A stretch of DNA of 33,332 bases from a virus. Lineage: Duplodnaviria; Caudoviricetes. The stretch is taken from the IMG/VR virus record IMGVR_UViG_3300043185_000046, positions 1-33,332 of that record; one strand, written 5' to 3'. The position numbers were made by a program, and so were the translations under genes. The notes beneath the pieces were generated by a model that saw only the letters and a program-made list of their open reading frames with translations, did no database searches and was not told where the DNA came from. Positions within the stretch are counted from its first letter, which is position 1; every line of letters starts with the position of its first letter. Positions 1 to 8,049 of this stretch are shown one piece after another.

Positions 1-159
1 CGCGCCGCGGGCGCGAACGACTCGCTCGCGCTGAGCGACAAGTCTTCGGGTGGGTGGACCAAGAGTGTCGTTCCTACGTCGTGGCGGTCAGCGCCAGGCG
101 ACAGAGCGGCCTCGTGATCAGGAAGCGGCTGTCGGCAGAGTGAGTTCGCAGAGAAGGCA

Positions 160-195
160 AAGCCCCTAGCGCGGCCCGCGCCGCGCTAGGGGCTT
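160..195. other. Perfect 16-bp inverted repeat (hairpin), within a GC-rich hairpin cluster at about 77-306
   Basis: aagcccctagcgcggc-ccgc-gccgcgctaggggctt. A second long stem at 218-252 has G-U pairs. Confidence 0.85.
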
Positions 196-356
196 CTTCG
201 CGCGCGCTGGGGGGGGTTGTCGCCGGCGGGCGTCGAATGCCCGCCGGCGGCACGGCCCCCCACAGCCGACCGTGGCGGGTGTTTGTACCCCCCGTCCATT
301 TTTTCACGTTTCGCGACTGTTAAGCTACGCAGGGTACGTCGGATTGGGAAGCACGC

Positions 357-689
357 ATACGAGACGAAGGATGTTGGGGTGTGTGTGGGGTGAAGAGTTT
401 GTTGGGGGGTGTGTGGGTTAGGGGAGGCGTGGAGGGTGTCATGTTGTATTTTGGGGATGTTGGGGCTTAGGCGTGGTGGATGTGTGGTATTCCAGGTGGT
501 GGCGGGCGTATGTGACCGGCGTCGATTTTTCAGGTATCACGATTAGAGTACAAAGGGTTAGGGGGGTACGGGAGGACGTATACGAGACGAAGGATGTGGA
601 GGTGTGGGGGGGTCATAAACTCGTTGGCGAGGGGGGTGGCGAAGGCGTGGAAGATGTCATGTTGTATTTTGAGGATGTTGGGGCTTAGG
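357..689 (+). repeat. Degenerate direct repeat, period about 220 bp, in a G/T-skewed non-coding tract
   Basis: atacgagacgaaggatgt at 357-374 and 580-597. A 47-bp block at 425-471 and 643-689 differs at 3 positions. Confidence 0.85.
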
Positions 690-910
690 AGCGAGATGTT
701 GACGAGTGCGGGGCGGAAGAGGGGGTCGGTATGTGGATGCATGTGTGTTGGCGGGTGTGAGTTGGGGGGATGGGTAAGATGCGTCGGGGCAAATTTGCAC
801 TTTCTTCGGGTTAAGCAGTAGAGCAAAAGCCCGCGTTTTGTCGGGGGATATGGGTGTTTTTGGGGGAGGGGCGGTACAAATGGTGTGGACAGTTAGATGA
901 CGGCGTGTCG

Positions 911-1120
911 TCACGATCGGGAGTTTGTTTTATCGACGAATCTTTTGACGGCTTCGATCGAGGTATAGATTCGTCCGCCTTCGCGATAGGTCTCCAGCTT
1001 GATCCCGCCAACCCCGGTCCGCGCCCACCTGTAGAGCCTCTTGTAGCTGGGCTTCGTTCGCAAAAAAGACAGCCCTCGCACCGATTTCAAAAGCATCAAC
1101 TTCTCGCCGTCTAATGACAT
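911..1120 (-). CDS. DUF1580-like winged-HTH (excisionase-like) DNA-binding protein
   Basis: KPSYKRLYRWARTGVGGIKLETYREGGRIYTSIEAVKRF matches the recalled DUF1580 pattern typical of Planctomycetes. Divergent from the head operon. Confidence 0.8.
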   Translation of the reverse strand: MSLDGEKLMLLKSVRGLSFLRTKPSYKRLYRWARTGVGGIKLETYREGGRIYTSIEAVKRFVDKTNSRS

Positions 1121-1247
1121 AGAACATCCCGTTCTTCGCGTGGTTCAACGGAAGCCCCTTTGTCATGTTACATGCGCGTCGCGTTTTGTGCAAAAGGATA
1201 AATACGTGGACGGGTCGTTTTTCAGGAGATGACCACGGGGACAATCT

Positions 1248-2264
1248 ATGTTGATCGACGATTTTCTTTTGAAAGGTTTCCGGTACGCACCAGACGCGGG
1301 CGCTGAGGCTGCGCCGGAGGCGGCTGAAGAGCAGGACGAATCAGCTGCTTTAGAGGTCGAGGAGCCAGATGCTCCAGAGGAGAGGGAGGCGGCAGCTTCG
1401 CAGCGGGATGCGTATGCCGAGTTTGAGAAGATTGGTCTGCCGAAGGACCCGAAGCAGGCGGCGAGTCAGCTTCAGTATCTTCAGCAGCAGGCCAGGGAAG
1501 CCGAGCAATACAGGCAGTGGTATCAATACCAGGCCTATCAGAACCAGCAGGTCGAGGCGGCCAAAAAGCAGGAAGCCGCAGAGAAGCAGGCCCAGGAGCA
1601 GCGGAAGAAGCTGTGGGAACTCCCGCAGTTCGACCGACGCCTCCTCTCGCAACTGACGACCGACGAATACGGAAACGTCGTTGCCAAGCCGGGCGCTATC
1701 CCCACCCTCCCCGAAGACTGGAGAAAGTGGCGGGATGCTCGGGAAGATGCAATGGATCAGGCCCTCAACATGCTGGCCGATCCCGTCAGCTTCTACGAGT
1801 CCCACCTCCAGGCGCCGATCCAGAGGCAGGTTGTCGGAATGGCAGCCCGCATCACGGCTTATATGTTGCAGGAGTATCAGGAGAAGCAGCGGCTTCAGGA
1901 TTTCGAGAATCAGAACCGCGAGTGGGTGTACGACGAGGGCAACCAGCTTACCCCCGCCGCGCACCTCTGGAACCGGCATTACGCCGAGGCCAGAAACCAG
2001 GGCCACCCCGACCCGATCAGGTATGCCACCGACGCACTGGATGCCGAACTGTACCGCAGGTCGGTGTTGCAGGGTGCGGCGGAAAGTCAGGGGGATGTGG
2101 AAGATCAGAAGAGAATGGAACTGCTCAAGCGGGGCGCGAGAGCGCCAGGCAGGGGCGGTGCCGTGAACGGGAAGAAGAAAGCTCCGCGTACCGGGAGCGA
2201 TGTGTGGGCCGAGGCCCTGGAACAGATGGAAGATTTACCTAAGGAAGACTTCGAGAAGGTCTAA
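1248..2264 (+). CDS. Putative capsid scaffolding protein
   Basis: Acidic N-terminus, Q/E/A-rich helical core, basic C-terminal tail. Immediately upstream of the major capsid gene. Confidence 0.7.
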   Translation: MLIDDFLLKGFRYAPDAGAEAAPEAAEEQDESAALEVEEPDAPEEREAAASQRDAYAEFEKIGLPKDPKQAASQLQYLQQQAREAEQYRQWYQYQAYQNQQVEAAKKQEAAEKQAQEQRKKLWELPQFDRRLLSQLTTDEYGNVVAKPGAIPTLPEDWRKWRDAREDAMDQALNMLADPVSFYESHLQAPIQRQVVGMAARITAYMLQEYQEKQRLQDFENQNREWVYDEGNQLTPAAHLWNRHYAEARNQGHPDPIRYATDALDAELYRRSVLQGAAESQGDVEDQKRMELLKRGARAPGRGGAVNGKKKAPRTGSDVWAEALEQMEDLPKEDFEKV

Positions 2265-2278
2265 CATAAGGGGCAGTC

Positions 2279-3400
2279 ATGGCTGAATGGGCACGTATCA
2301 CCGCCACCACCATCGCCGACTACGCAAAGGGCGTGGAAGACGAGCTTATCGCCAAGCGAATCCTGCTCCAGGCTCTCAAGAAGAGCGGGCAGATCGTTAT
2401 GAATAAGGGCGGCGACGGCTTCAAGTGGCAGGTCCAGTACCGCCTCCCGCCCGCCACTATTAATAACGGCGAGCAGACGGTCACGCCGTCCCGCCAGGAC
2501 ATCTACAAGCAGGCGACCCTCGATTATGTCGGGTACACGCTTGCCGATATGATGACCAAGCGCGAGAAACTCAAGAACAGGGGCGCTCCCGCGCTGGTCG
2601 AGCACTTCTCGAATATGTCGAAGTGGCTCATGGAAAGCGCCAGCCAGCGGCTTTCCGAAGAGTTGTACGTTGATTCGAGCGGGAGCGGCAACTCGGGCCG
2701 GCTGTCTGGCATCGAAACCATGATGGCCATCAACGGCACCGTCACGATAACGTCGGGCGCCCAGCGTGCCGCCAACGCCGCAGATGTGGCGGGGTATCCC
2801 AACGATACCTACGCCGGCCTTTCCACTGTCCTTGGCAACTATGCCGGGTCATGGGGCACGCAGTCGGGAATCACAAGCACATGGCCAGCCGGCACCGGCG
2901 ACCTGTCTTACGATTTCTACTCGCCCACCATCGTCAACTACACGTCGTCGGCCTTCTCGGGGGCGGCTGATACGTGGGCCGAGCAGTGCGTGGAAGCGAC
3001 GCGTTTCCTGATTACGCACATGAACAGGTACGTGTCCGACAGGGGTCAGTTGAAAACCGTTCTTCTCGACAGAGAGCTATACAGGCAATACCTGCAAAAG
3101 CTCGACTCGAAAGAGCGAATCAACACAAGCTCCAGCCTCGGCCTGCGAGCGCTGGGGTTTGAAGACACCTTCATGCAAGACGGGGTGGATGTGACGTGGG
3201 AGTTCGGCATCCCGGCGGCGGTGGGGTACGGGTTCAACGTCAAGCAGATGGAGCTTCGGTCGATGCAGGATAAGCTGTTCGTCACCGACGGCCCCACCTA
3301 CGAGCCGCTGAACAGGTCGTATTACGTCATCGTTGACTACCTTGGGCAGATCAAGTTCCACAGCCCAAGGTTCTTCGGGAAACTCGCGAATATTGCTTAA
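2279..3400 (+). CDS. Major capsid protein (podovirus-type, HK97 fold)
   Basis: 373 aa. N-terminal ATTIADY and MMTKREKLKNRG..ALV, C-terminal GQIKFHSPRFFGKL resemble podoviral capsid proteins. Synteny supports this. Confidence 0.85.
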   Translation: MAEWARITATTIADYAKGVEDELIAKRILLQALKKSGQIVMNKGGDGFKWQVQYRLPPATINNGEQTVTPSRQDIYKQATLDYVGYTLADMMTKREKLKNRGAPALVEHFSNMSKWLMESASQRLSEELYVDSSGSGNSGRLSGIETMMAINGTVTITSGAQRAANAADVAGYPNDTYAGLSTVLGNYAGSWGTQSGITSTWPAGTGDLSYDFYSPTIVNYTSSAFSGAADTWAEQCVEATRFLITHMNRYVSDRGQLKTVLLDRELYRQYLQKLDSKERINTSSSLGLRALGFEDTFMQDGVDVTWEFGIPAAVGYGFNVKQMELRSMQDKLFVTDGPTYEPLNRSYYVIVDYLGQIKFHSPRFFGKLANIA

Positions 3401-3418
3401 TCCAAGGGGGCACGATTC

Positions 3419-4024
3419 ATGCACCAGTCTGACCAACTACCCTGGCCGATCGGCCAGACAGCCGGCGTCACCGGCTCTACTGATATGATTCAGTGGGAGG
3501 GGCGGGAGTTTCTCGTCGAGGACCTCGATTACTCCGCCAATCCCGCAAAAGCCAGGGCCTACTCGGATTCCGTCGAGTGGAAACGCATTCGCGTCGTGCG
3601 AAACGTCTCTGGCGTCTCCCTCCTGCCAGCCATGCTCGTCTCGTTCAAGAGCACGGCACACGGCAAACAGGTTGACGGGTACGCCGACGTGTACCAGGAA
3701 GAGTGCTACCCGACCGACGAGTTCCTGCCCTCGACCGGCGTGGCGAACAACGACCTGTTCTATATCGTTGTTGACGGCCCGGCTGGCATCAAAGTCTCGG
3801 TCACCGCCGCAGAATCGGTGATCGCCACCGGTTCATGGGTTCATAACGTCACGGCTGCGGCTTCCACGCACAGCACAACCGCCGGTCGCATTCAGGCTGC
3901 GACATTTACTGGATCAACGGCGGTTCTTGCCAACACCATCCTGTACCGGATCGGCATTATGATGTCGTCCTCGACAACTGCCGATACGGGGGCTGTCAGG
4001 CTGGTGCGTGTCAAGAAGTGGTAG
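3419..4024 (+). CDS. Putative capsid decoration/cement protein
   Basis: Follows the capsid gene, followed by a terminator. Beta-rich, with RVVRNVSG and DEFLP..GV..NDLFYIVVDGP. Confidence 0.6.
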   Translation: MHQSDQLPWPIGQTAGVTGSTDMIQWEGREFLVEDLDYSANPAKARAYSDSVEWKRIRVVRNVSGVSLLPAMLVSFKSTAHGKQVDGYADVYQEECYPTDEFLPSTGVANNDLFYIVVDGPAGIKVSVTAAESVIATGSWVHNVTAAASTHSTTAGRIQAATFTGSTAVLANTILYRIGIMMSSSTTADTGAVRLVRVKKW

Positions 4025-4050
4025 ACGTGGCCCGAAAGGGTCATCTCCTG

Positions 4051-4086
4051 AGCCTTCAGCAGACTTCGCGTCTGCTGAAGGTTTTT
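4051..4086 (+). terminator. Rho-independent terminator after the capsid/decoration genes
   Basis: ccttcagcagac-ttcgc-gtctgctgaagg followed by ttttt. A small GAAA-loop hairpin at 4028-4043 precedes it. Confidence 0.85.
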
Positions 4087-4089
4087 GTG

Positions 4090-4118
4090 TTTCCAGCCTG
4101 ACAAAAGTGTGGTATAGG
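4090..4118 (+). promoter_or_regulatory. Possible promoter for the GT-MTase/terminase unit
   Basis: TTTCCA-17 bp-TATAGG with TG extended -10, just after the terminator. RBS aggag upstream of ATG 4138. Confidence 0.35.
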
Positions 4119-4137
4119 TGCGGCAGGAGAACACAAT

Positions 4138-5757
4138 ATGCTGCCACGCAAGCTGAAGATAGCATTCGGGTTCATGCCGTACGGGGGTAACGGCGGCACG
4201 CAGTCCGAGATACCCGATATCCGGAACTGGCTGATCCCCACCGTCATGAAGATCAAGGGGGACGACAGGTGCGACGGCGAGATCCTGTACAGGGATCACG
4301 CCGATGTGCCCCTCACTATGGTCAGAAACGAGTTAGTGGGCTGGGCCAGGGAGAGCAAGGCCGACATTCTTGTTATGGTGGACAGCGACAACGCCCCGGA
4401 CGTGCTGTTGGGAATCGACAATGCATCAAAGCCGTTCTGGGATACCAGCTTCGACTACATCTACAGGCACTACGAGAAGGGACCCGTCATGATCGGGGCA
4501 CCGTACTGCGGTCCCCCGATGCAGCCGGACGGAATGGGAAGCGAAAACGTCTACGTCTTCGTGTGGAGAAACTACAACACGAACGATCCGGGCCAAGCTA
4601 TCAAGCTGGACCAGTTCACGCGGGAGGAAGCGGCCAGCAGAACCGGGATTGAGCCGGTCGCCGCCCTGCCAACCGGCTGCATTATGATCGATGTGCGGTG
4701 TTTTGATCTGATTGACCACCCCTACTTCGATTACGAGTATGAAGGAGACGGCCAGATATGCGATCACTGCGGGCAGCCGCGACCAGGCCCTCGCAGAAAG
4801 AAGTGCTCCACCGAGGATGTCGTCACCACCCGCAATATTTCGATGGCCGGCTGTGCAAAGCTGGGGTACAACCCGGTGCTTTGCAACTGGGACGCATGGG
4901 CCGGGCACTGGAAACCGCTCTGTGTCGCCAAGCCCAGGGTGATCGCGGCGGATTACGTCTCGAAGGTCTACCTGAAAGCGCTGGCCGACAACATTCGCAG
5001 CGATATTCGAGTGAAAAGAATCTCCCCGAGCGAACGACTTCTCCAATCTTCAGGGCCAGTCACAAAGGTTTCAAGGCATGAAGGAAATGGCCAGAACCAC
5101 GATGATAGTGGTGGCGATTCACTGGCGAATTCCCACAATACACCGCAGGAAGACCTACAGATCCTGCGGCAACTGGTTGGTCAGGAATCTGCGTATCAAA
5201 GCCTGGGCGATGATGTAATGACTGTCGTTGAGTTAGGCTCCTGGACGGGTCAATCCGCCCAGGCAATTGCAGAAACTCTCGACAGGGCTTGCAGATACAA
5301 CCTGTATTGCGTCGATCACTGGAAGGGTGGGAGCGAGGCCCAGAGAAAAGACATCGAACAGGGCTTCAATCCCTACGAGACATTCTGCAAACGCATGAAG
5401 AAGTGGCTCGACAAGACGGTTTTCACGCTGGAAAGCGATACTGTCGAGATGGGAAGGAAATGGACCATCGGCCCCATCGACATCCTGTTTATTGATGCCG
5501 ATCACACCTACGAAGGGTGCAAAGCCGACATCAAGGCATGGTCCCCGCACGTCAAGGAAGGCGGGCTGATCATGGGACACGACTACAACAGCCTGTTTCC
5601 AGGCGTAAAGCGGGCCGTACACGAGATTTTCGGGTATGACGTGGCTGTCATTGGCAACATGTGGGTCGTTCGCAGGGCATGGGAGACGAATCTTGAAGGA
5701 GAAGTCGAGGGAAAAGCCGCAAAAAAGGACGGTGCGCGTTCAGGAACTGCTGGATAG
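4138..5757 (+). CDS. GT-A (GT2-like) glycosyltransferase fused to a class I SAM methyltransferase (Methyltransf_24-like)
   Basis: N-half: RNELV, LVMVDSDN (DxD), PTGCIMID, STEDV, GHWK. C-half: VVELGSWTGQS, CVDHW, IDILFIDADHTYE, GGLIMGHDY, GVKRAV. Confidence 0.85.
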   Translation: MLPRKLKIAFGFMPYGGNGGTQSEIPDIRNWLIPTVMKIKGDDRCDGEILYRDHADVPLTMVRNELVGWARESKADILVMVDSDNAPDVLLGIDNASKPFWDTSFDYIYRHYEKGPVMIGAPYCGPPMQPDGMGSENVYVFVWRNYNTNDPGQAIKLDQFTREEAASRTGIEPVAALPTGCIMIDVRCFDLIDHPYFDYEYEGDGQICDHCGQPRPGPRRKKCSTEDVVTTRNISMAGCAKLGYNPVLCNWDAWAGHWKPLCVAKPRVIAADYVSKVYLKALADNIRSDIRVKRISPSERLLQSSGPVTKVSRHEGNGQNHDDSGGDSLANSHNTPQEDLQILRQLVGQESAYQSLGDDVMTVVELGSWTGQSAQAIAETLDRACRYNLYCVDHWKGGSEAQRKDIEQGFNPYETFCKRMKKWLDKTVFTLESDTVEMGRKWTIGPIDILFIDADHTYEGCKADIKAWSPHVKEGGLIMGHDYNSLFPGVKRAVHEIFGYDVAVIGNMWVVRRAWETNLEGEVEGKAAKKDGARSGTAG

Positions 5758-6073
5758 CGAGCTATTCAGCCGGTCTCTCCCGCAACTGGGGGACGTTCTT
5801 GAGGAAACGACGCGCCACATGACCCCGGAGGAGATCGGGTTCATGTTCGCGAGCATGATCAAGGAAGGAACGCCCCCTCAGAGACGGCAATTTCTCAAGC
5901 AGTACCTCGAATCGCTCACCACGTACCACAAAATGGTGGGAGAACTGACGGCTGGAGAGATCGCCGCGATGCTGGACGATCAGATTTACGCAATTCTTGA
6001 GAACACATTCGGCTTGAAGAGGCCCAGTGCAGCGGAAACAGCCACAACCGCCGCCGATGCGGAGCGACATTGA
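5732..6073 (+). CDS. Hypothetical helical protein, candidate terminase small subunit (start uncertain)
   Basis: Directly upstream of and overlapping TerL. GTG 5732 after aaggac chosen over ATG 5636. Confidence 0.45.
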   Translation: MRVQELLDSELFSRSLPQLGDVLEETTRHMTPEEIGFMFASMIKEGTPPQRRQFLKQYLESLTTYHKMVGELTAGEIAAMLDDQIYAILENTFGLKRPSAAETATTAADAERH

Positions 6074-7703
6074 CGCTCTGAGTTTCGAGCGGTCGATGAC
6101 CGAATCGCAGGCCCGCATCTTCCGGCTCCTGATGCGAGAAGTCGCATACAGAAGGATGCAGGCGCTGCGGATTTACGAGCCTCGCCCCAACCAGGTCGCC
6201 TTCCACAAGTCGTTTGCCCCGGAAAGGCTGGCCATCGGGAGCAACAGGTCGGCCAAGACCACGGCCTGTGCCGTGGAAGTCGCCTGGGCCGTGACCGGCA
6301 CGCACCCCTACCTGCCGTACCCCAAGGAGAACGGACGTTTCATCTGCGTCGCCAAGGATAGCATCAAGATCGGGGAGGTCATGTACTACAAACTCTTCAG
6401 GCAGGGCGCCCTGAAGATGGTGAAGGACGACTTCAACGGAATATACCGGGCATGGAGGCCGTGGGTAGACGGCTACGACCGAACCAACCTGAAGAATGCC
6501 TTGCCCCTCATCCCCCCGCAGATGGTCAAAAGCATCGCATGGGAGAAAAAGAACCTCCACTGCCCGAAGCTGGTCGCTCTCACCAACGGCTGGGAAATCC
6601 TGTTCTGCTCGTCCCTCGGCAAGCCGCCTAACGGCGTCGATATTGATGCAAGCTGGTTCGACGAGGAAATTTACGACAACGACTGGTACCCGGAAATCTC
6701 CGCTCGCCTGCTTGACAGGTCTGGAAGGTTCATGTGGTCCGCCACTCCACAGGCCGGGACCGACCAGTTATGGAGTTTACACGAGCAGGCCGGCCTGGAG
6801 AGCGGTAAGCCGCATCCCAGGATTGAGGAGTTTCACTTCCTGCTGGACGACAACCCCTACATTGCTCCAGCGGACATTGCCCTGTTCAAAGCCAAGGCTT
6901 CAGCCGACCCGGACGAGTACCGGGTGCGCGTGCTCGGCGAGTTCCTGATCACCTCTCACCGGGTCTACCCGAATTTCGGGGCGCAACACCTGTGCGAGAA
7001 GTTCCGAGTCCCTGATCACTGGTGCCGCTACATCGTGGTGGACCCGGGCTACACGAACGCCGTTGCCCTGTTCTTCGCCGTGCCGCCCAAGAACGAGAGC
7101 GGCCACATCTACGTGTACGACGAACTGTACACGAACCAATGCGATGTCAGGGATTTCGCAAAGCTTCTCTACCCCAAGACGGTTGGCCAGGGCTTCGAGG
7201 CGTTCCTCATCGACCGGCACGGGGCGCAGAGGACGGAGATGGGTGGCAAGTCCGTGGGCATGCAGTATGCCGAGGCGTTTGCCGAGAAGGGAATCAGATC
7301 GATCTCAACCGGCAGCAACTTTATAATGATAGGCACGATGGCTATCACGAAGAGCGTGATCGGCGAGGTGTCCCAGGTGAGATCGTGGTTGTGGAACAGG
7401 GATGAACTGAAGGGCAAACCCATCCTGCAAATCTTCGGCTCGCTCTGCCCGAAGTTCATAGAGGAGATGCGGCGTTACAGGAACAAGACTGTCGCTGGCA
7501 GGATTACAGATACCCCGGACCCGCGCGCATACAGCCACGGCCCGGACTGCCTGCGGTACGCGGTGATTCACTCTCTCCCCTATGTCGAGCCACGCAAACC
7601 GAAGGGACCAAAGTCATGGGTACTGAAGCGGCTGGAGGAGAAGCGCCGCAAAAAGCGAGAGGCGGACGGAAACTACATTCTTCTAGGCACGAACAGGAGA
7701 TGA
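6057..7703 (+). CDS. terL: Terminase large subunit
   Basis: PNQVAFH, Walker A GSNRSAKT, Walker B SWFDEE, motif III SATP, nuclease YIVVDPG and HGPDCLRYA. Start could be 6057 or 6096. Confidence 0.93.
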   Translation: MRSDIDALSFERSMTESQARIFRLLMREVAYRRMQALRIYEPRPNQVAFHKSFAPERLAIGSNRSAKTTACAVEVAWAVTGTHPYLPYPKENGRFICVAKDSIKIGEVMYYKLFRQGALKMVKDDFNGIYRAWRPWVDGYDRTNLKNALPLIPPQMVKSIAWEKKNLHCPKLVALTNGWEILFCSSLGKPPNGVDIDASWFDEEIYDNDWYPEISARLLDRSGRFMWSATPQAGTDQLWSLHEQAGLESGKPHPRIEEFHFLLDDNPYIAPADIALFKAKASADPDEYRVRVLGEFLITSHRVYPNFGAQHLCEKFRVPDHWCRYIVVDPGYTNAVALFFAVPPKNESGHIYVYDELYTNQCDVRDFAKLLYPKTVGQGFEAFLIDRHGAQRTEMGGKSVGMQYAEAFAEKGIRSISTGSNFIMIGTMAITKSVIGEVSQVRSWLWNRDELKGKPILQIFGSLCPKFIEEMRRYRNKTVAGRITDTPDPRAYSHGPDCLRYAVIHSLPYVEPRKPKGPKSWVLKRLEEKRRKKREADGNYILLGTNRR

Positions 7704-7705
7704 TC

Positions 7706-8041
7706 ATGCCACAAGTAGCAGAGAAGCCAGTCATTACCAGCGAGTTCGTCATGCCGGCCATCTCGATAGGCAGCATTGTGCTGTGGCATCCTGACGGCGA
7801 CAGGAACATGGCGCCATCGTGCGGGCGGGTGGTGCATGTCAGCAACAGAAGTGTTGAGTTGATCACCGACACCCGCGACGGAGTGCGGTATGCCAGGGAC
7901 GTTCATCATATTGACGACCCGAGAATCCGGCAGAACGAGAACATCAAGTCGTACGGAGCCTGGGAGTATCACCCGGACTCCATACGTCTTATGGACCTTG
8001 AACGGCGGGTTCACTCGCTTGAGAAGCTCGTCTCGAAGTAG
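7706..8041 (+). CDS. Hypothetical protein
   Basis: RBS aggag 7695-7699. Fills the gap between TerL and portal. Confidence 0.7.
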   Translation: MPQVAEKPVITSEFVMPAISIGSIVLWHPDGDRNMAPSCGRVVHVSNRSVELITDTRDGVRYARDVHHIDDPRIRQNENIKSYGAWEYHPDSIRLMDLERRVHSLEKLVSK

Positions 8042-8049
8042 CGTGAGAA

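Noticed and set aside
425-689. DGR-like template/variable pair (three A-to-G differences in the 47-bp block)
   Set aside because: Differences flanking the other repeat block are not adenine-specific, and no reverse transcriptase or target gene is visible.
74-914. ORFs 74-307, 473-688, 530-826, 594-821, 657-914
   Set aside because: Their composition reflects the hairpins and G/T skew. The repeat copies do not keep a common frame.
1350-2242. Alternative ORFs of 160-240 aa over the scaffold gene
   Set aside because: Shadow frames expected in GC-rich coding DNA, with no recognisable motifs.
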